NCBI GenBank assembly: GCA_022627495.1
Contig: JAKEGJ010000016.1
Span: 16,995 to 80,994 of the forward strand
Length of the DNA: 64,000 nucleotides
Source of the DNA: Candidatus Micrarchaeota archaeon
GTDB lineage: Archaea > Micrarchaeota > Micrarchaeia > Anstonellales > Bilamarchaeaceae
Direction of reading: 5' to 3'
Shown here: in pieces, positions 6,512-15,596 of the stretch
Numbering within the stretch: the stretch's first letter is position 1
Layout of the letters: each line of letters begins with the position of its first letter
Position numbers and translations under genes: made by a program
Notes under the pieces: model-generated
Database searches by the model: none
Told to the model about the DNA's origin: nothing
What the model saw: only the letters and a program-made list of their open reading frames with translations

Positions 6512-7837
6512 CTATGGAGATGGCGGGATTGTGATGGTTGCCAGGTCCACGCCCAAGCGCCTCAGTTCGCGCTCGACCGCGGCGCGCTGCGATGCGAATT
6601 TCGCCCGCGTCGATGCGTCAAGGGACGCACTGTTCTCTGCCACCCTTAAAACGACATACGCCCTTGTGAGGTGCGTCTGCCTCTCTGGCCTTGTCCGGGC
6701 CGACTTGAACCTTGAGATATTCAGCTCGTACGCCAGGCCGTACGCCTCCCTGTCCGCCGGCCGGAGCCTCATCATCGCATCGTATTCCGCAAGCGCGTCG
6801 TCCAGCCTCCCGCTCTGGCGGCACGCATCTGCCAGCGACTTGCGGATGTCGAATTCCCGCGTTCCCCGGTCCGCCCTTAATGCGGGGATATCCTGCAATA
6901 GTGAGAGCGCGGCCCGGTACTGCGTAATTGCGCCGGCATGCCTTTTCGCGTCATGCTCGCTTTCAGCAAGGGCTTCCACCCTGTCGAAGACGTTCCGCGC
7001 CACCCTCTGCAGGCCTGCGGTGATGAAAGGAGCGGAGGAGCCCAGCGCCGCAGCGGCAGTCAGGAGGGGAATCGCCTGCGCAAGGGCGGCCGCCCGCGCC
7101 GCACTAGTCGTTCCAGCCTGCGCCTGCGTATCGAAATAATCCGCGCGGATGAGGAGCTGGCTTGCCACAACATCGGCGACTGTGGGTAGGACGACCATCC
7201 TTCCGATGCCGGTCAGGTTCGGGCTGGAGGCATCCGGCCCGTACGATATAGACCTTCCGCGGTACTGGCCGCTGACCGTCGCCTCCGAGAAGTCCGGAAC
7301 CGAGGTTGGTGCGGCCCGCGTCATGTCGAAGATGTAATTATGGCCGTTCACAGCCACGAAGAGGACTGCATGCGGCACTGTCGATGCCGCACCGGGCGCG
7401 CCTGTGTTGAAATCAATTCCTGCGAACCTGGCGCCTGCGAGCGGGATTCCGATGCGGGTTGCAGCGGCAAGGAAAGCGGTTGCAAGCTCATCGCAGTCGC
7501 CGCTGCGGCGCTGGAGAACCGCAGACGGTCCTCTCGGCTCCCGTCCGGCGTCCGGGACATACGCCAGCCCGAGCGTCCCCCCGACTCTCAGCGCGTTATA
7601 CAGCTGGGTGAGTGCGGTCTCGACCTGGGCCTGCGTTGGATTTGGTCCGAGCGCCTGGAAGTCCCTCCGGATGCGCTCAAGCTGCGGCGGCAGGCTGGTT
7701 CCAAGGCCCAGGTAATTGCTGATTACTGTCTGCTGGGGCGTCGCCTGTGCGCCTGCCTGGGCCGGTCCCTGCTGGCCCATCAGCGGCATCCCCACAAACG
7801 GGGACGGTGCGGTCTGCTCTGCCTGTTTTTGCGCCAT
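6512..7837 (-). CDS. Transglutaminase-like cysteine-protease-fold protein with C-terminal TPR-like repeats
   Basis: Cys-His-Asp core pattern (RRSGDCDELATAFLAAATRIGIP ... VPHAVLFVAVNGHNYIFDMT). The N-terminus is Q/A/P-rich. The C-terminus has helical repeats (LDDALAEYDAMMRLRPADREAYGLAY). Confidence 0.65.
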   Translation of the reverse strand: MAQKQAEQTAPSPFVGMPLMGQQGPAQAGAQATPQQTVISNYLGLGTSLPPQLERIRRDFQALGPNPTQAQVETALTQLYNALRVGGTLGLAYVPDAGREPRGPSAVLQRRSGDCDELATAFLAAATRIGIPLAGARFAGIDFNTGAPGAASTVPHAVLFVAVNGHNYIFDMTRAAPTSVPDFSEATVSGQYRGRSISYGPDASSPNLTGIGRMVVLPTVADVVASQLLIRADYFDTQAQAGTTSAARAAALAQAIPLLTAAAALGSSAPFITAGLQRVARNVFDRVEALAESEHDAKRHAGAITQYRAALSLLQDIPALRADRGTREFDIRKSLADACRQSGRLDDALAEYDAMMRLRPADREAYGLAYELNISRFKSARTRPERQTHLTRAYVVLRVAENSASLDASTRAKFASQRAAVERELRRLGVDLATITIPPSP

Positions 7838-7841
7838 AGAA

Positions 7842-9038
7842 TCACTTCCTCATTATGACTACGCTCTCCCTCGTCTTCACCTTCTGCGGGCGCACATCCG
7901 CGATGCGCTCGGCCCCCACCACGATTTCGGTTTCGGCAAAGCCGATGCGCTCTGCCATCTGTGCGAATATCTCGTCTACAATCACGTGCGTCTCGTGGAT
8001 GACGGAATTCGAAACGTTCACATACGCCGCCCCTCCGGGGCGCAGGACGCGGAACATCTCCGCGATGCTCGCCTCCATGTCCTTGAAATATGTCCCGACA
8101 ATCGGGATGCGGAGGCCGATTTCGCCGACCTCCGGAGGCATCTCCGTTTCCTGGCCCGGGTTTCCGGTTCTGATGAATGAGCGGATTGCCCGCATCCGGA
8201 CCTCCTCTGCCTCGGCCTTGCTCATCGCAAGCAGGCTGAGTTCAAGTCCGTAGATTTTCGAATAATCGATGTTGTTGAGGTACGGGGGCGACGTTATGAC
8301 CGCGTCCACCTCTTCGCCCCCGATGTCGAGCGCCCTGGCATCCCCGAGGAATACCCTGGGCACGTGGCCCTGCGGCCTGCCTTCAAGCTCGCGGCACATC
8401 CGCTTGACCTTCCGCCTGAATATCTCGCGGGCGGGAAGCGCGCGCTTGCGCTTGTCTATTTTCAGCACGCCTCCGTCCTTGAGGATGACGCTAGCCTGGG
8501 GCAGGACTGAAAGAAGCGCAAGGAGCAGGAGGTTGCGGCAGCGCCCATCCTCGTTCTCGATGGCCTCCCGGAGCGCGAGTATCTCGGTGTGGTTCCGCTT
8601 CGGGAACGCAGCTTTCGTGGAAAAAAGCTCGAACTGCCAGTCCAGCTTTTCGGCCGAGCGGTAGTCCAGTTTCCTGTTCAGGAAAGCAAGCGCGGATTCA
8701 AGGTCGCTTTTTTCATAATCTTCAGTCTTTGCCTTCGAAACGAAAGCCGCAAGCGTCGAGGCGTCCACCCCCGCCGATGCGATGCCCTTATCCTTGGCCG
8801 CAAGCAGCGTCGTCCCTACGCCGCAGAAAGGGTCCAGGACGGATTCCGGTCTCCTGTTTCCGGTTTCCAGTTCCGTTTTGAGCGCCCAATCGACCAGTTC
8901 GGGGGCATAACCCTCCTTGTACCAGAACCAGCCGTGGATTGGCTTCTCCTTGGAGAGCTCGAAAGTCATGAATGCCCCGAGCGCATAGTCAGTGGCCACC
9001 CGCATGGAAGGATTTCCCACCCAAACTATATAACCCAT
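7842..9038 (-). CDS. SAM-dependent N6-adenine/N4-cytosine-type DNA methyltransferase (orphan)
   Basis: Motif I is VLDPFCGVGTTLLAA and motif IV is VITSPPYLNN, about 180 aa downstream (alpha-like order). Start set at MGYIVWV (9038); the Arg-rich extension to 9182 looks non-coding. An RNA methyltransferase is not excluded. Confidence 0.65.
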   Translation of the reverse strand: MGYIVWVGNPSMRVATDYALGAFMTFELSKEKPIHGWFWYKEGYAPELVDWALKTELETGNRRPESVLDPFCGVGTTLLAAKDKGIASAGVDASTLAAFVSKAKTEDYEKSDLESALAFLNRKLDYRSAEKLDWQFELFSTKAAFPKRNHTEILALREAIENEDGRCRNLLLLALLSVLPQASVILKDGGVLKIDKRKRALPAREIFRRKVKRMCRELEGRPQGHVPRVFLGDARALDIGGEEVDAVITSPPYLNNIDYSKIYGLELSLLAMSKAEAEEVRMRAIRSFIRTGNPGQETEMPPEVGEIGLRIPIVGTYFKDMEASIAEMFRVLRPGGAAYVNVSNSVIHETHVIVDEIFAQMAERIGFAETEIVVGAERIADVRPQKVKTRESVVIMRK

Positions 9039-9217
9039 GCGCAACCGTATTGGCCGGGGTGGGGTTAGGATATGGCAATCGGGAGCGTGGCTTATAACCG
9101 GTTGGGGGTTTGGAAACCTGGCGCTCCCATTCCTGCATCCTGCCTCCTGGCACCCGGCCCGGTTCGCTCGCCTAAAACCCAATCTGTTTGTGCCGTAGAG
9201 GGGCGTTTCCCCTTTCG

Positions 9218-9622
9218 TCAGGGCGTCCTCTTCTTTCCCAGTTCCGCGCCTTCTTTCGAGAGCGCGTCCGCCTCGGCGTTGTGCTCGCGCGGGATGTGCT
9301 CGAAATGCACTTTAAGCCCCCTGCAGAGTTGCACGACGCGTTCGTGCAGCGGCCTCAGGCCGGGGTCCTTGACCTTGTACTCGCCGTTCAGCTGCCTGAC
9401 AACCAGCTGGCTGTCGCTTTTCACGCGCGCTTCCAAATCCCCCATCGCGTGCACCGTTTCAAGCGCCTTTATCACCGCGGTGTACTCGGCGATATTATTC
9501 GTGCCTACCCCCACATACTCGCTCAATTCCTCCACTATCATCCCGTCGCGGTATATCACTATGCCGATGCCCATCGGGCCGGGGTTTCCGAGCGAGGCTC
9601 CGTCGGTGAAAATCGTAAGCAT
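9218..9622 (-). CDS. rnhA: Ribonuclease HI
   Basis: 134 aa with the DEDD pattern: IFTDGAS, NNIAEYTAVIKAL, SDSQLVV, EHNAEADALSKEG. Confidence 0.9.
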   Translation of the reverse strand: MLTIFTDGASLGNPGPMGIGIVIYRDGMIVEELSEYVGVGTNNIAEYTAVIKALETVHAMGDLEARVKSDSQLVVRQLNGEYKVKDPGLRPLHERVVQLCRGLKVHFEHIPREHNAEADALSKEGAELGKKRTP

Positions 9623-9674
9623 GGACTATCCTCCGGGCGCAATGATTTAAATCTGAGTCGGCCTAACGTCATGC

Positions 9675-10124
9675 ATGGCGCATTCTTTCCATCCGCACCC
9701 AATCGTCGCTGTTACGAAGGTCGTCATGATGACCGTCCTCCTCAGCATCCTGGTATTGGTGATGAGGGAGCTTTTGGAACGGATACTCTACCCGCTCATG
9801 GCCTCCCTCTGGCTGGTCGGAATCGTCTTCATACTCGTCGCTTATCTGGCCTCCAGGTTCCAGACGCTGACGCTGGAGGAGAACAGCATGCTGTTCCAGT
9901 CCGGAATCCTCGCCACGCGCAGGATAATGCTTCCATACTCGAAGATAACCGAGACAAGCTATGTCCAGGGCCTTGTGCAGCGCGTCTTCGGAGTCGGGAC
10001 ATTGAACGTCGATACTGCGGGGGGCGGCAACATGGCCATCCACATGCCGGACGTGAAGCACGACGACCTGAAAAGGATACTGGCCGAGATACGCGCCAAA
10101 GGCGGCAAGGGCGACGGGACATAA
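9675..10124 (+). CDS. Membrane protein with bacterial-type PH (bPH_2/YdbS-like) domain
   Basis: Two N-terminal TMs followed by LTLEENSMLFQSGILATRRIMLPYSKITETSYVQGLVQRVFGVGTLNVDTAG. Confidence 0.7.
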   Translation: MAHSFHPHPIVAVTKVVMMTVLLSILVLVMRELLERILYPLMASLWLVGIVFILVAYLASRFQTLTLEENSMLFQSGILATRRIMLPYSKITETSYVQGLVQRVFGVGTLNVDTAGGGNMAIHMPDVKHDDLKRILAEIRAKGGKGDGT

Positions 10125-10142
10125 GTGCGCGGGGGGATTGGA

Positions 10143-10640
10143 ATGCAGGAACTCGAGTTTACCGAAGACTATCTAATCATCCGGCAGAAGCCGCTCATAC
10201 TGAAGCTCCGGAGCCTCGGCGCGGGCGTGGAGGAGGGGGATGAGACGCGCATCACTTATCTCGAAGCGGCGTATTTCGCAGAGCGCAAGGTCCTGGACCT
10301 GGATAAGGAGGACCTGCTCTCCAGGGCGCTCGTGAAAGACGGGCTTGCCCGCGAGAAATACCATTGCATCCGGTACCTTCGCGAGCGCGGATACATCGTA
10401 CGGCCGAGCCTGGACGGCACCGGGTACCTCCGCCTGCACCGCAAGGGCTTGCGGCCCGGAGAGGACAAGACCTACTACCTCATAGAAGTCGTCCCCACAT
10501 CTTGGCAAATCAGCCCCGGGGGGCTCATGCCTTCGCTTGAAACCGCGGGGCGGCTCCGCAAGGAGCTTGCCATCGCCGTAGTGGATTTGGCGCAGGAGCG
10601 GCCCCTCTTCATCAAGTTCGGCAGGATGAACTTCGATTAA
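10143..10640 (+). CDS. endA: tRNA-splicing endonuclease EndA
   Basis: About 165 aa with LEAAYF, YHCIRYLRERGYIVRP and LRKELAIAVVD, matching archaeal intron endonuclease. Start taken at ATG 10143; the track ORF starts at GTG 10125. Confidence 0.8.
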   Translation: MQELEFTEDYLIIRQKPLILKLRSLGAGVEEGDETRITYLEAAYFAERKVLDLDKEDLLSRALVKDGLAREKYHCIRYLRERGYIVRPSLDGTGYLRLHRKGLRPGEDKTYYLIEVVPTSWQISPGGLMPSLETAGRLRKELAIAVVDLAQERPLFIKFGRMNFD

Positions 10641-10739
10641 TTGCGGGTTTTTCCAATCATCCCGCTTAGCCCAGAGCGGCGAAGCCCGCGTTCCAAGGGA
10701 GCCCGCCGGGCATGCACACCCGAAAAATCAGTGCGCGGC

Positions 10740-10767
10740 GAAAGCCGCCGTCCGAAAGCCGCCGTCC
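10740..10767. repeat. Tandem 2 x 14-nt direct repeat GAAAGCCGCCGTCC just upstream of a TATA-like box (ATTTATAAAAATT)
   Basis: Read directly from the sequence. It lies about 45-70 nt upstream of the ATG at 10813. Confidence 0.5.
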
Positions 10768-10812
10768 GCCTTATGCTCGGATTTATAAAAATTGCCGGCC
10801 ACTCACTACGCC

Positions 10813-11520
10813 ATGGAAACCCGCCCGTCATTCCTGCTGCTCGGCATGGCAGCGCTGCTATTTTCCGGTTGCATATCAATTGATTACATCCAGGATGTTG
10901 ACCGCGAGGGCAACTCGATGGTCAGGGAAAGCGTGAACCTCAGCGGCCTGCTTTCGGCTGGGGGGCAGTACTCCGGCGCCTCGGAGGATTTCTCGGACGC
11001 CTGCGGGAATATCACTGAAGATGACCGCACTGTGAACTGCACATACTCTGAAGGAATGCTCGTCCTGTCCAAGGCCCTTTTGAAAAGCGACAACTATTAC
11101 CTCTTCAGCAAGGCCTCGGAATTCCCTTACGTCGTCTATGCCCTTGAGGTCCGCCGGGTGCCCCCGGTGGTGGCGACCGACACCATATCCGGAACCTCCA
11201 GCCAGACTGAATACGATTTCACGGACCCCTCGGCCAAGCTCGGCGCATCCACCATGAAGACCGCCGGCGCATCCTTCACCTACTCCGTCCTCATGCCGGG
11301 CGAGCTTGTCAGCGCGGAGAACGGCGAAATAGCGACCGACGAATCCGGAAAGAAATACGCCCGGTACGATGTGCTGAAACTCATGGACGAGGGCAAATAC
11401 ATCGTAGTCAAATCCCGGGAGCTGGACGTGCCGCTTCTTATGGCGCTCGGCGCAGGCATCGTACTCCTTGTGGGCGGCATCGCAGTGTCAGCCGTCCTCC
11501 TCAAAGCCATGAAGAAATGA
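10813..11520 (+). CDS. Hypothetical secreted/lipobox protein with C-terminal TM anchor
   Basis: Signal/lipobox-like N-terminus (METRPSFLLLGMAALLFSGC) and a C-terminal TM (LLMALGAGIVLLVGGIAVSAVLL). Confidence 0.6.
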   Translation: METRPSFLLLGMAALLFSGCISIDYIQDVDREGNSMVRESVNLSGLLSAGGQYSGASEDFSDACGNITEDDRTVNCTYSEGMLVLSKALLKSDNYYLFSKASEFPYVVYALEVRRVPPVVATDTISGTSSQTEYDFTDPSAKLGASTMKTAGASFTYSVLMPGELVSAENGEIATDESGKKYARYDVLKLMDEGKYIVVKSRELDVPLLMALGAGIVLLVGGIAVSAVLLKAMKK

Positions 11521-11575
11521 CCTCGCCCGTCTTTTTTTTGCAAGCGTTTATAATCCAAAAGCGCGAAAAGAGCCC

Positions 11576-13093
11576 ATGGGAGAGCAACTGGGGACCGTGA
11601 TAGCCGGGGAGGAATCGCCGTCCACTTCCGAATTCTCATTCGTAGTGAAAGGCGGCGTCGTCCGCAAGGGCCAGTACGTGCAGCTCAAACACGGCGATGG
11701 CAGCATGTTCGGCTTCGTTTCGGAGGTCTACAAGGCCAACCGGTATTACGAGCGGGCGGAAAGCGTGGCGGAATTCGAGCGCGGAAGCGGGGGTGGCATG
11801 TCGTCCCAATTTCCCTCGGATTCATGGGAGTATGTCATCGCCGTGGTGAAGGTGCTCGGGGTTTTCAGCGGAAAGCGCTTCGAGCGTGCATTCAGCCCGC
11901 CTTCGCCCGGGGCCGCAGTGCACGATGCCGAGCGCGGCGTCCTCCGCTCCTTCCTGGGTTTCGAGGATGCGGGCCTCCACCTCGGCTCGATAGAGCACCA
12001 CGACGTTCCCGCGCGCATCTCCATGACGCGCCTCCTGCAGAAGCACCTCGCCATCCTCGCCATGAGCGGCGCGGGCAAATCCCACCTGGCAGGCGTGCTC
12101 CTCGAAGAGCTGCTGTCCCGCAGGAAGGAGGACGGCCGCGTGGCAGTCGTGGTCGTCGACATACACGGCGAATACGGCGGGTTCGCGCACGACCCGGTTT
12201 TCGGCAGGCAGACCACCGTAATCGAGGGCGGCGACATCGCAATCCCGCTTAGGAAAATCCATCCGGAGGCCATTATGGAGTGGCTGCCGCACCTTTCTGC
12301 CCCCCAGCGCGACGTCCTGCGCCATTGCCTGAGCGCTCTCCGGGAGGAGAAGAAGGGCGCCGCCGGATATTCTTTCAAGGAGCTGATGGCGGCGGTAGAT
12401 GCGGCCGACGTGTCAAAGGACGATGTGAAGCGCGCCCTTAAGCGCAGCCTTTCCGAATTGAAGCGATACCGTTTCCTTTCCCGCAAAACAGAAAACCCGA
12501 AACTCGCAGCGCAAGTCCGCCCCGGCGGCCTGCTCATACTCGACTTCAGCCCGATAGACTCGCTGCGGAAGAAGCAGATCCTGGTCTCGCTGATGGCCCG
12601 CAGGCTTTTATCGCTCCGCAAGAAGGGAAAAATCCCCCCGTTCATGCTGCTTATCGAAGAGGCGCACAATTTCGCGAGGGAGAAGGCCGAGGAGAGCGAG
12701 GCGGTCAGCAGGGCGATAATCGAAACGATTGCCCGGGAAGGCCGCAAGTTCGGCGCATCGCTGTGCCTGATCAGCCAGCGGCCGGTGAACCTGAGCACCA
12801 CGGCCCTGAGCCAGTGCAATACCCACATAATCCTGCGCGTCACGAACCCGAACGACCTCGACCACATACAGATGAGTTCCGAGGGCATAGACGCCCGCGT
12901 GGCCAAGAGCATCACGAGCCTGAAAGTCGGCGAGGCGATAGTTGTCGGCGAGGCGGTCAACTACCCGGTGTTCATAAGCGTCCGCGACCGCAAGTCCGAG
13001 AAGCGGGAAAAAGGCGCCCCCCTGCACATGCAGGCAATCGCGTTCGAGGAGAAGCAGGAGAAGAATGCGAAGAACGCGGAGGCGTTCCTCTAA
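11576..13093 (+). CDS. herA: HerA-type (FtsK/HerA superfamily, DUF87) hexameric ATPase
   Basis: HAS-barrel-like N-terminus, Walker A LAMSGAGKSHLAG, Walker B PFMLLIEEAHNF, and a LISQRP arginine-finger region. Confidence 0.85.
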   Translation: MGEQLGTVIAGEESPSTSEFSFVVKGGVVRKGQYVQLKHGDGSMFGFVSEVYKANRYYERAESVAEFERGSGGGMSSQFPSDSWEYVIAVVKVLGVFSGKRFERAFSPPSPGAAVHDAERGVLRSFLGFEDAGLHLGSIEHHDVPARISMTRLLQKHLAILAMSGAGKSHLAGVLLEELLSRRKEDGRVAVVVVDIHGEYGGFAHDPVFGRQTTVIEGGDIAIPLRKIHPEAIMEWLPHLSAPQRDVLRHCLSALREEKKGAAGYSFKELMAAVDAADVSKDDVKRALKRSLSELKRYRFLSRKTENPKLAAQVRPGGLLILDFSPIDSLRKKQILVSLMARRLLSLRKKGKIPPFMLLIEEAHNFAREKAEESEAVSRAIIETIAREGRKFGASLCLISQRPVNLSTTALSQCNTHIILRVTNPNDLDHIQMSSEGIDARVAKSITSLKVGEAIVVGEAVNYPVFISVRDRKSEKREKGAPLHMQAIAFEEKQEKNAKNAEAFL

Positions 13094-13174
13094 AAATTCC
13101 CAAAGCGGCGCGTCCGCCCCATCCGTCCGGCCGCCCCAGAGCAGGTTTTAAATCCTTAAGACAGATATTGGCGC

Positions 13175-13984
13175 ATGCTGAGCAAGACGACCCTGTTAGC
13201 GCTGGCGCTTATCGTTTCCTGTTCGTTCGCACTGAACCTGGTCACGCCCGCAGTGCATGACGTTAAGCCTGGCGACACTATTGACCTTGGGACCATAGGC
13301 CCGGGCCAGACCGTCTCGCTCCTAATCGACCCCAAGGTCGCAAGCGGGGGCATCCATGGGCAAGGCGGCCTGTACGACCAGGCGGTCATGGGCGATTTGC
13401 CCCGGGGATGGACGAGCCAGGACAGCAAGCTCTACCAGAACCCGCTCATGCTCACTATCAGCGCCGACCCCGACGCGCCCGAGGGCGACTACGTTGCGCG
13501 CGTCACTGTCATAGACGAGAACAACGGCGAGGAGCTCGGCAACGTCACCTTCAACGTCAAGGTGCGCATCACCTGGGACGTTATGGATTTCGATGTCTCG
13601 CCCAACTACCGTAGCGTCGGCCCGGGGCAGCCGGCCCGCTTCGCCATAACTATAACCAACAAGGGCTCAACGAGCGACGTGTTCCAGGTGAGCGCAACCG
13701 GTGCAAAAAGATGGGAGTTCACCAAGCCCGTCTTTGTCCCTGCGCAGAGCACGAAGACGTTCTATTACGAGATTGTGGCCACGGAGGAGGAGACCTACCG
13801 GACGACTGTGGGCGCGGTATCGCTGGCGAGCGGGAACATAGCCGAATCCGAGAACGTTACACTTTTCGTCCGCTCCGACCTGATCGGCGACTACAAGGCG
13901 GCCAATAACGGCGCGGTGGTGTTCCCGATATTCGAAGCGCCGATTTACGCGCTGGCCGGGCTTCTCTCGAACCTCTTCAATTAG
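13175..13984 (+). CDS. Hypothetical secreted protein with CARDB/NEW3-like beta-sandwich repeat
   Basis: Signal peptide (MLSKTTLLALALIVSCSFA), GPGQPARFAITITNKGSTSDVFQVSATG, and a hydrophobic C-terminus. Confidence 0.55.
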   Translation: MLSKTTLLALALIVSCSFALNLVTPAVHDVKPGDTIDLGTIGPGQTVSLLIDPKVASGGIHGQGGLYDQAVMGDLPRGWTSQDSKLYQNPLMLTISADPDAPEGDYVARVTVIDENNGEELGNVTFNVKVRITWDVMDFDVSPNYRSVGPGQPARFAITITNKGSTSDVFQVSATGAKRWEFTKPVFVPAQSTKTFYYEIVATEEETYRTTVGAVSLASGNIAESENVTLFVRSDLIGDYKAANNGAVVFPIFEAPIYALAGLLSNLFN

Positions 13985-14017
13985 GGATAAAAAGTCCCCT
14001 GCGCATATGCTCATGCG

Positions 14018-15580
14018 ATGACAAGGCTGGAGGCCATAGATTCCATAGTCAGGCGAATCCTTGCCGGCGATGCGGCCAGGCACAGCCTGGACTGGGTGAA
14101 GCGGCAGGAATGCCGCCGCTATCGCATTTCGGACATGATACGGAACCCGGAAATCCTTGCGCGCTTCCCCGAGGAACGCCTGAACCCGGAACTCAAAACC
14201 CTTCTTCGCAAATGCCCGACGCGCACTGTTTCGGGCGTAACTCCTGTCGCGGTCATGATACGGCCGCAGGGCTCGTGCCGCCATGATTGCATCTACTGCC
14301 CGGAAAGCGGCCTGGCCGCCAAAAGCTACAGCGGGTTCGAGCCCGCAGCCCTCCGGAGCAGGCAGTGCGGATTCGACCCCTATCTCCAGTCTTCAGGCCG
14401 CGTGGCCCAGCTTGAGGGCGGAGGCCACCCTGCCGACAAGTGCGAAGTCATAATCATGGGCGGCACGTTCCTTGAGATGGATGCGGAATACAAGCGCTCG
14501 TTCGTGAAGGGGGTGTATGACGGATTGAACGGCTTCCGCGCCGGAACGCTCGAAGAGGCCATCCGCGCGAACGAGAAGGCGAAGACGCACCGCGCTGTGG
14601 GGCTCACGGTGGAGACGCGCCCGGACGCGTGCGTCCGGCATATCGCCGAGATGCTCTCTTACGGGGCGACGCGCGTTGAGCTGGGCGTACAGCATGCCGA
14701 TGACGGAATCTACCGCCGGATCAGGCGGGGCCACACGGTCAGGCACGTCGTCGAATCCACGCGCGCCCTGAAAGACGCGGCATTCAAGGTGCTCTACCAC
14801 ATCATGCCCGGCCTTCCGGAATCCGGCAGGGAGAAGGACATCCGGGCCGTCAAAAAGCTGTTTGCCGGCGGGCGGTTCCAGCCTGACATGCTCAAAATCT
14901 ACCCAACACTGGTTCTTGAAGGCACGGGCCTCAAGGCGCTGGCGGATGCGGGGGAGTACGAGCCGTACGATGCGGAGATGGCTGCGGATGTAATCTCCGA
15001 ATTCTACCGCCACATCCCAGGCTACGTGCGCGTGATGCGGATACAGCGCGACATCCCGGCCCGCCTAATCTGGCGCGGGGTCAGGAAAAGCAACCTGCGC
15101 GAGCTTGTGGAGGCCGCGATACGCGAGAAGGGGATAGTCCCGAAGGAAATCCGGTGCCGGGAAATCGGCCTGCAGGGCGGAAAGCCCCCGCCGCTTTCCG
15201 AATTCGACATCGTCCGCACCGACTACGAAGCGAGCGGGGGGCGGGAAACGTTCCTTTCATACGAGAACCGCGACGGGCTCCTGGCCGGTTTCATCCGCCT
15301 CAGGCTCCCATCCGAAAAATCCGCGGGCATCCGCAGTTCAATCCGCCCCGATGCCGCCCTCGTCCGCGAGCTCCATGTCTACGGTAGCGAAGTGCCCATC
15401 AGCGGGCGCGGGGATGTCCAGCACCACGGGCTTGGCGCAAGGCTCCTCAAAGCCGCAGAGGATGCGGCCAAGGAAGATGGGCGGGGCAATATGCTGATAA
15501 TAAGCGGCGTCGGGGTCCGGGAGTATTACCGGAAGCACGGCTATGCCCAAGACGGCTATTACATGGGGAAGGCCCTTTGA
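14018..15580 (+). CDS. elp3: Elp3-family radical-SAM/GNAT enzyme (tRNA U34 carboxymethyluridine synthase)
   Basis: 520 aa with radical-SAM CRHDCIYCP and a C-terminal GNAT motif (VQHHGLGARLLKAAE). Confidence 0.9.
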   Translation: MTRLEAIDSIVRRILAGDAARHSLDWVKRQECRRYRISDMIRNPEILARFPEERLNPELKTLLRKCPTRTVSGVTPVAVMIRPQGSCRHDCIYCPESGLAAKSYSGFEPAALRSRQCGFDPYLQSSGRVAQLEGGGHPADKCEVIIMGGTFLEMDAEYKRSFVKGVYDGLNGFRAGTLEEAIRANEKAKTHRAVGLTVETRPDACVRHIAEMLSYGATRVELGVQHADDGIYRRIRRGHTVRHVVESTRALKDAAFKVLYHIMPGLPESGREKDIRAVKKLFAGGRFQPDMLKIYPTLVLEGTGLKALADAGEYEPYDAEMAADVISEFYRHIPGYVRVMRIQRDIPARLIWRGVRKSNLRELVEAAIREKGIVPKEIRCREIGLQGGKPPPLSEFDIVRTDYEASGGRETFLSYENRDGLLAGFIRLRLPSEKSAGIRSSIRPDAALVRELHVYGSEVPISGRGDVQHHGLGARLLKAAEDAAKEDGRGNMLIISGVGVREYYRKHGYAQDGYYMGKAL

Positions 15581-15596
15581 TTTTGATTAGCGCGCG

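Noticed and set aside
11746-12960. 404-aa minus-strand ORF, plus several shorter ORFs in 11.8-13.3 kb
   Set aside because: They are antisense or out of frame to herA, which has Walker A/B motifs. Their composition is Ser/Arg/Ala-rich and typical of shadow ORFs.
11576-13093. HerA as the dedicated ATPase of the 19-36 kb membrane-protein cluster
   Set aside because: It is 6 kb away, on the opposite strand, and separated by elp3, a protease and other unrelated genes. There is no coupling evidence in this window. It is kept only as a low-interest note.
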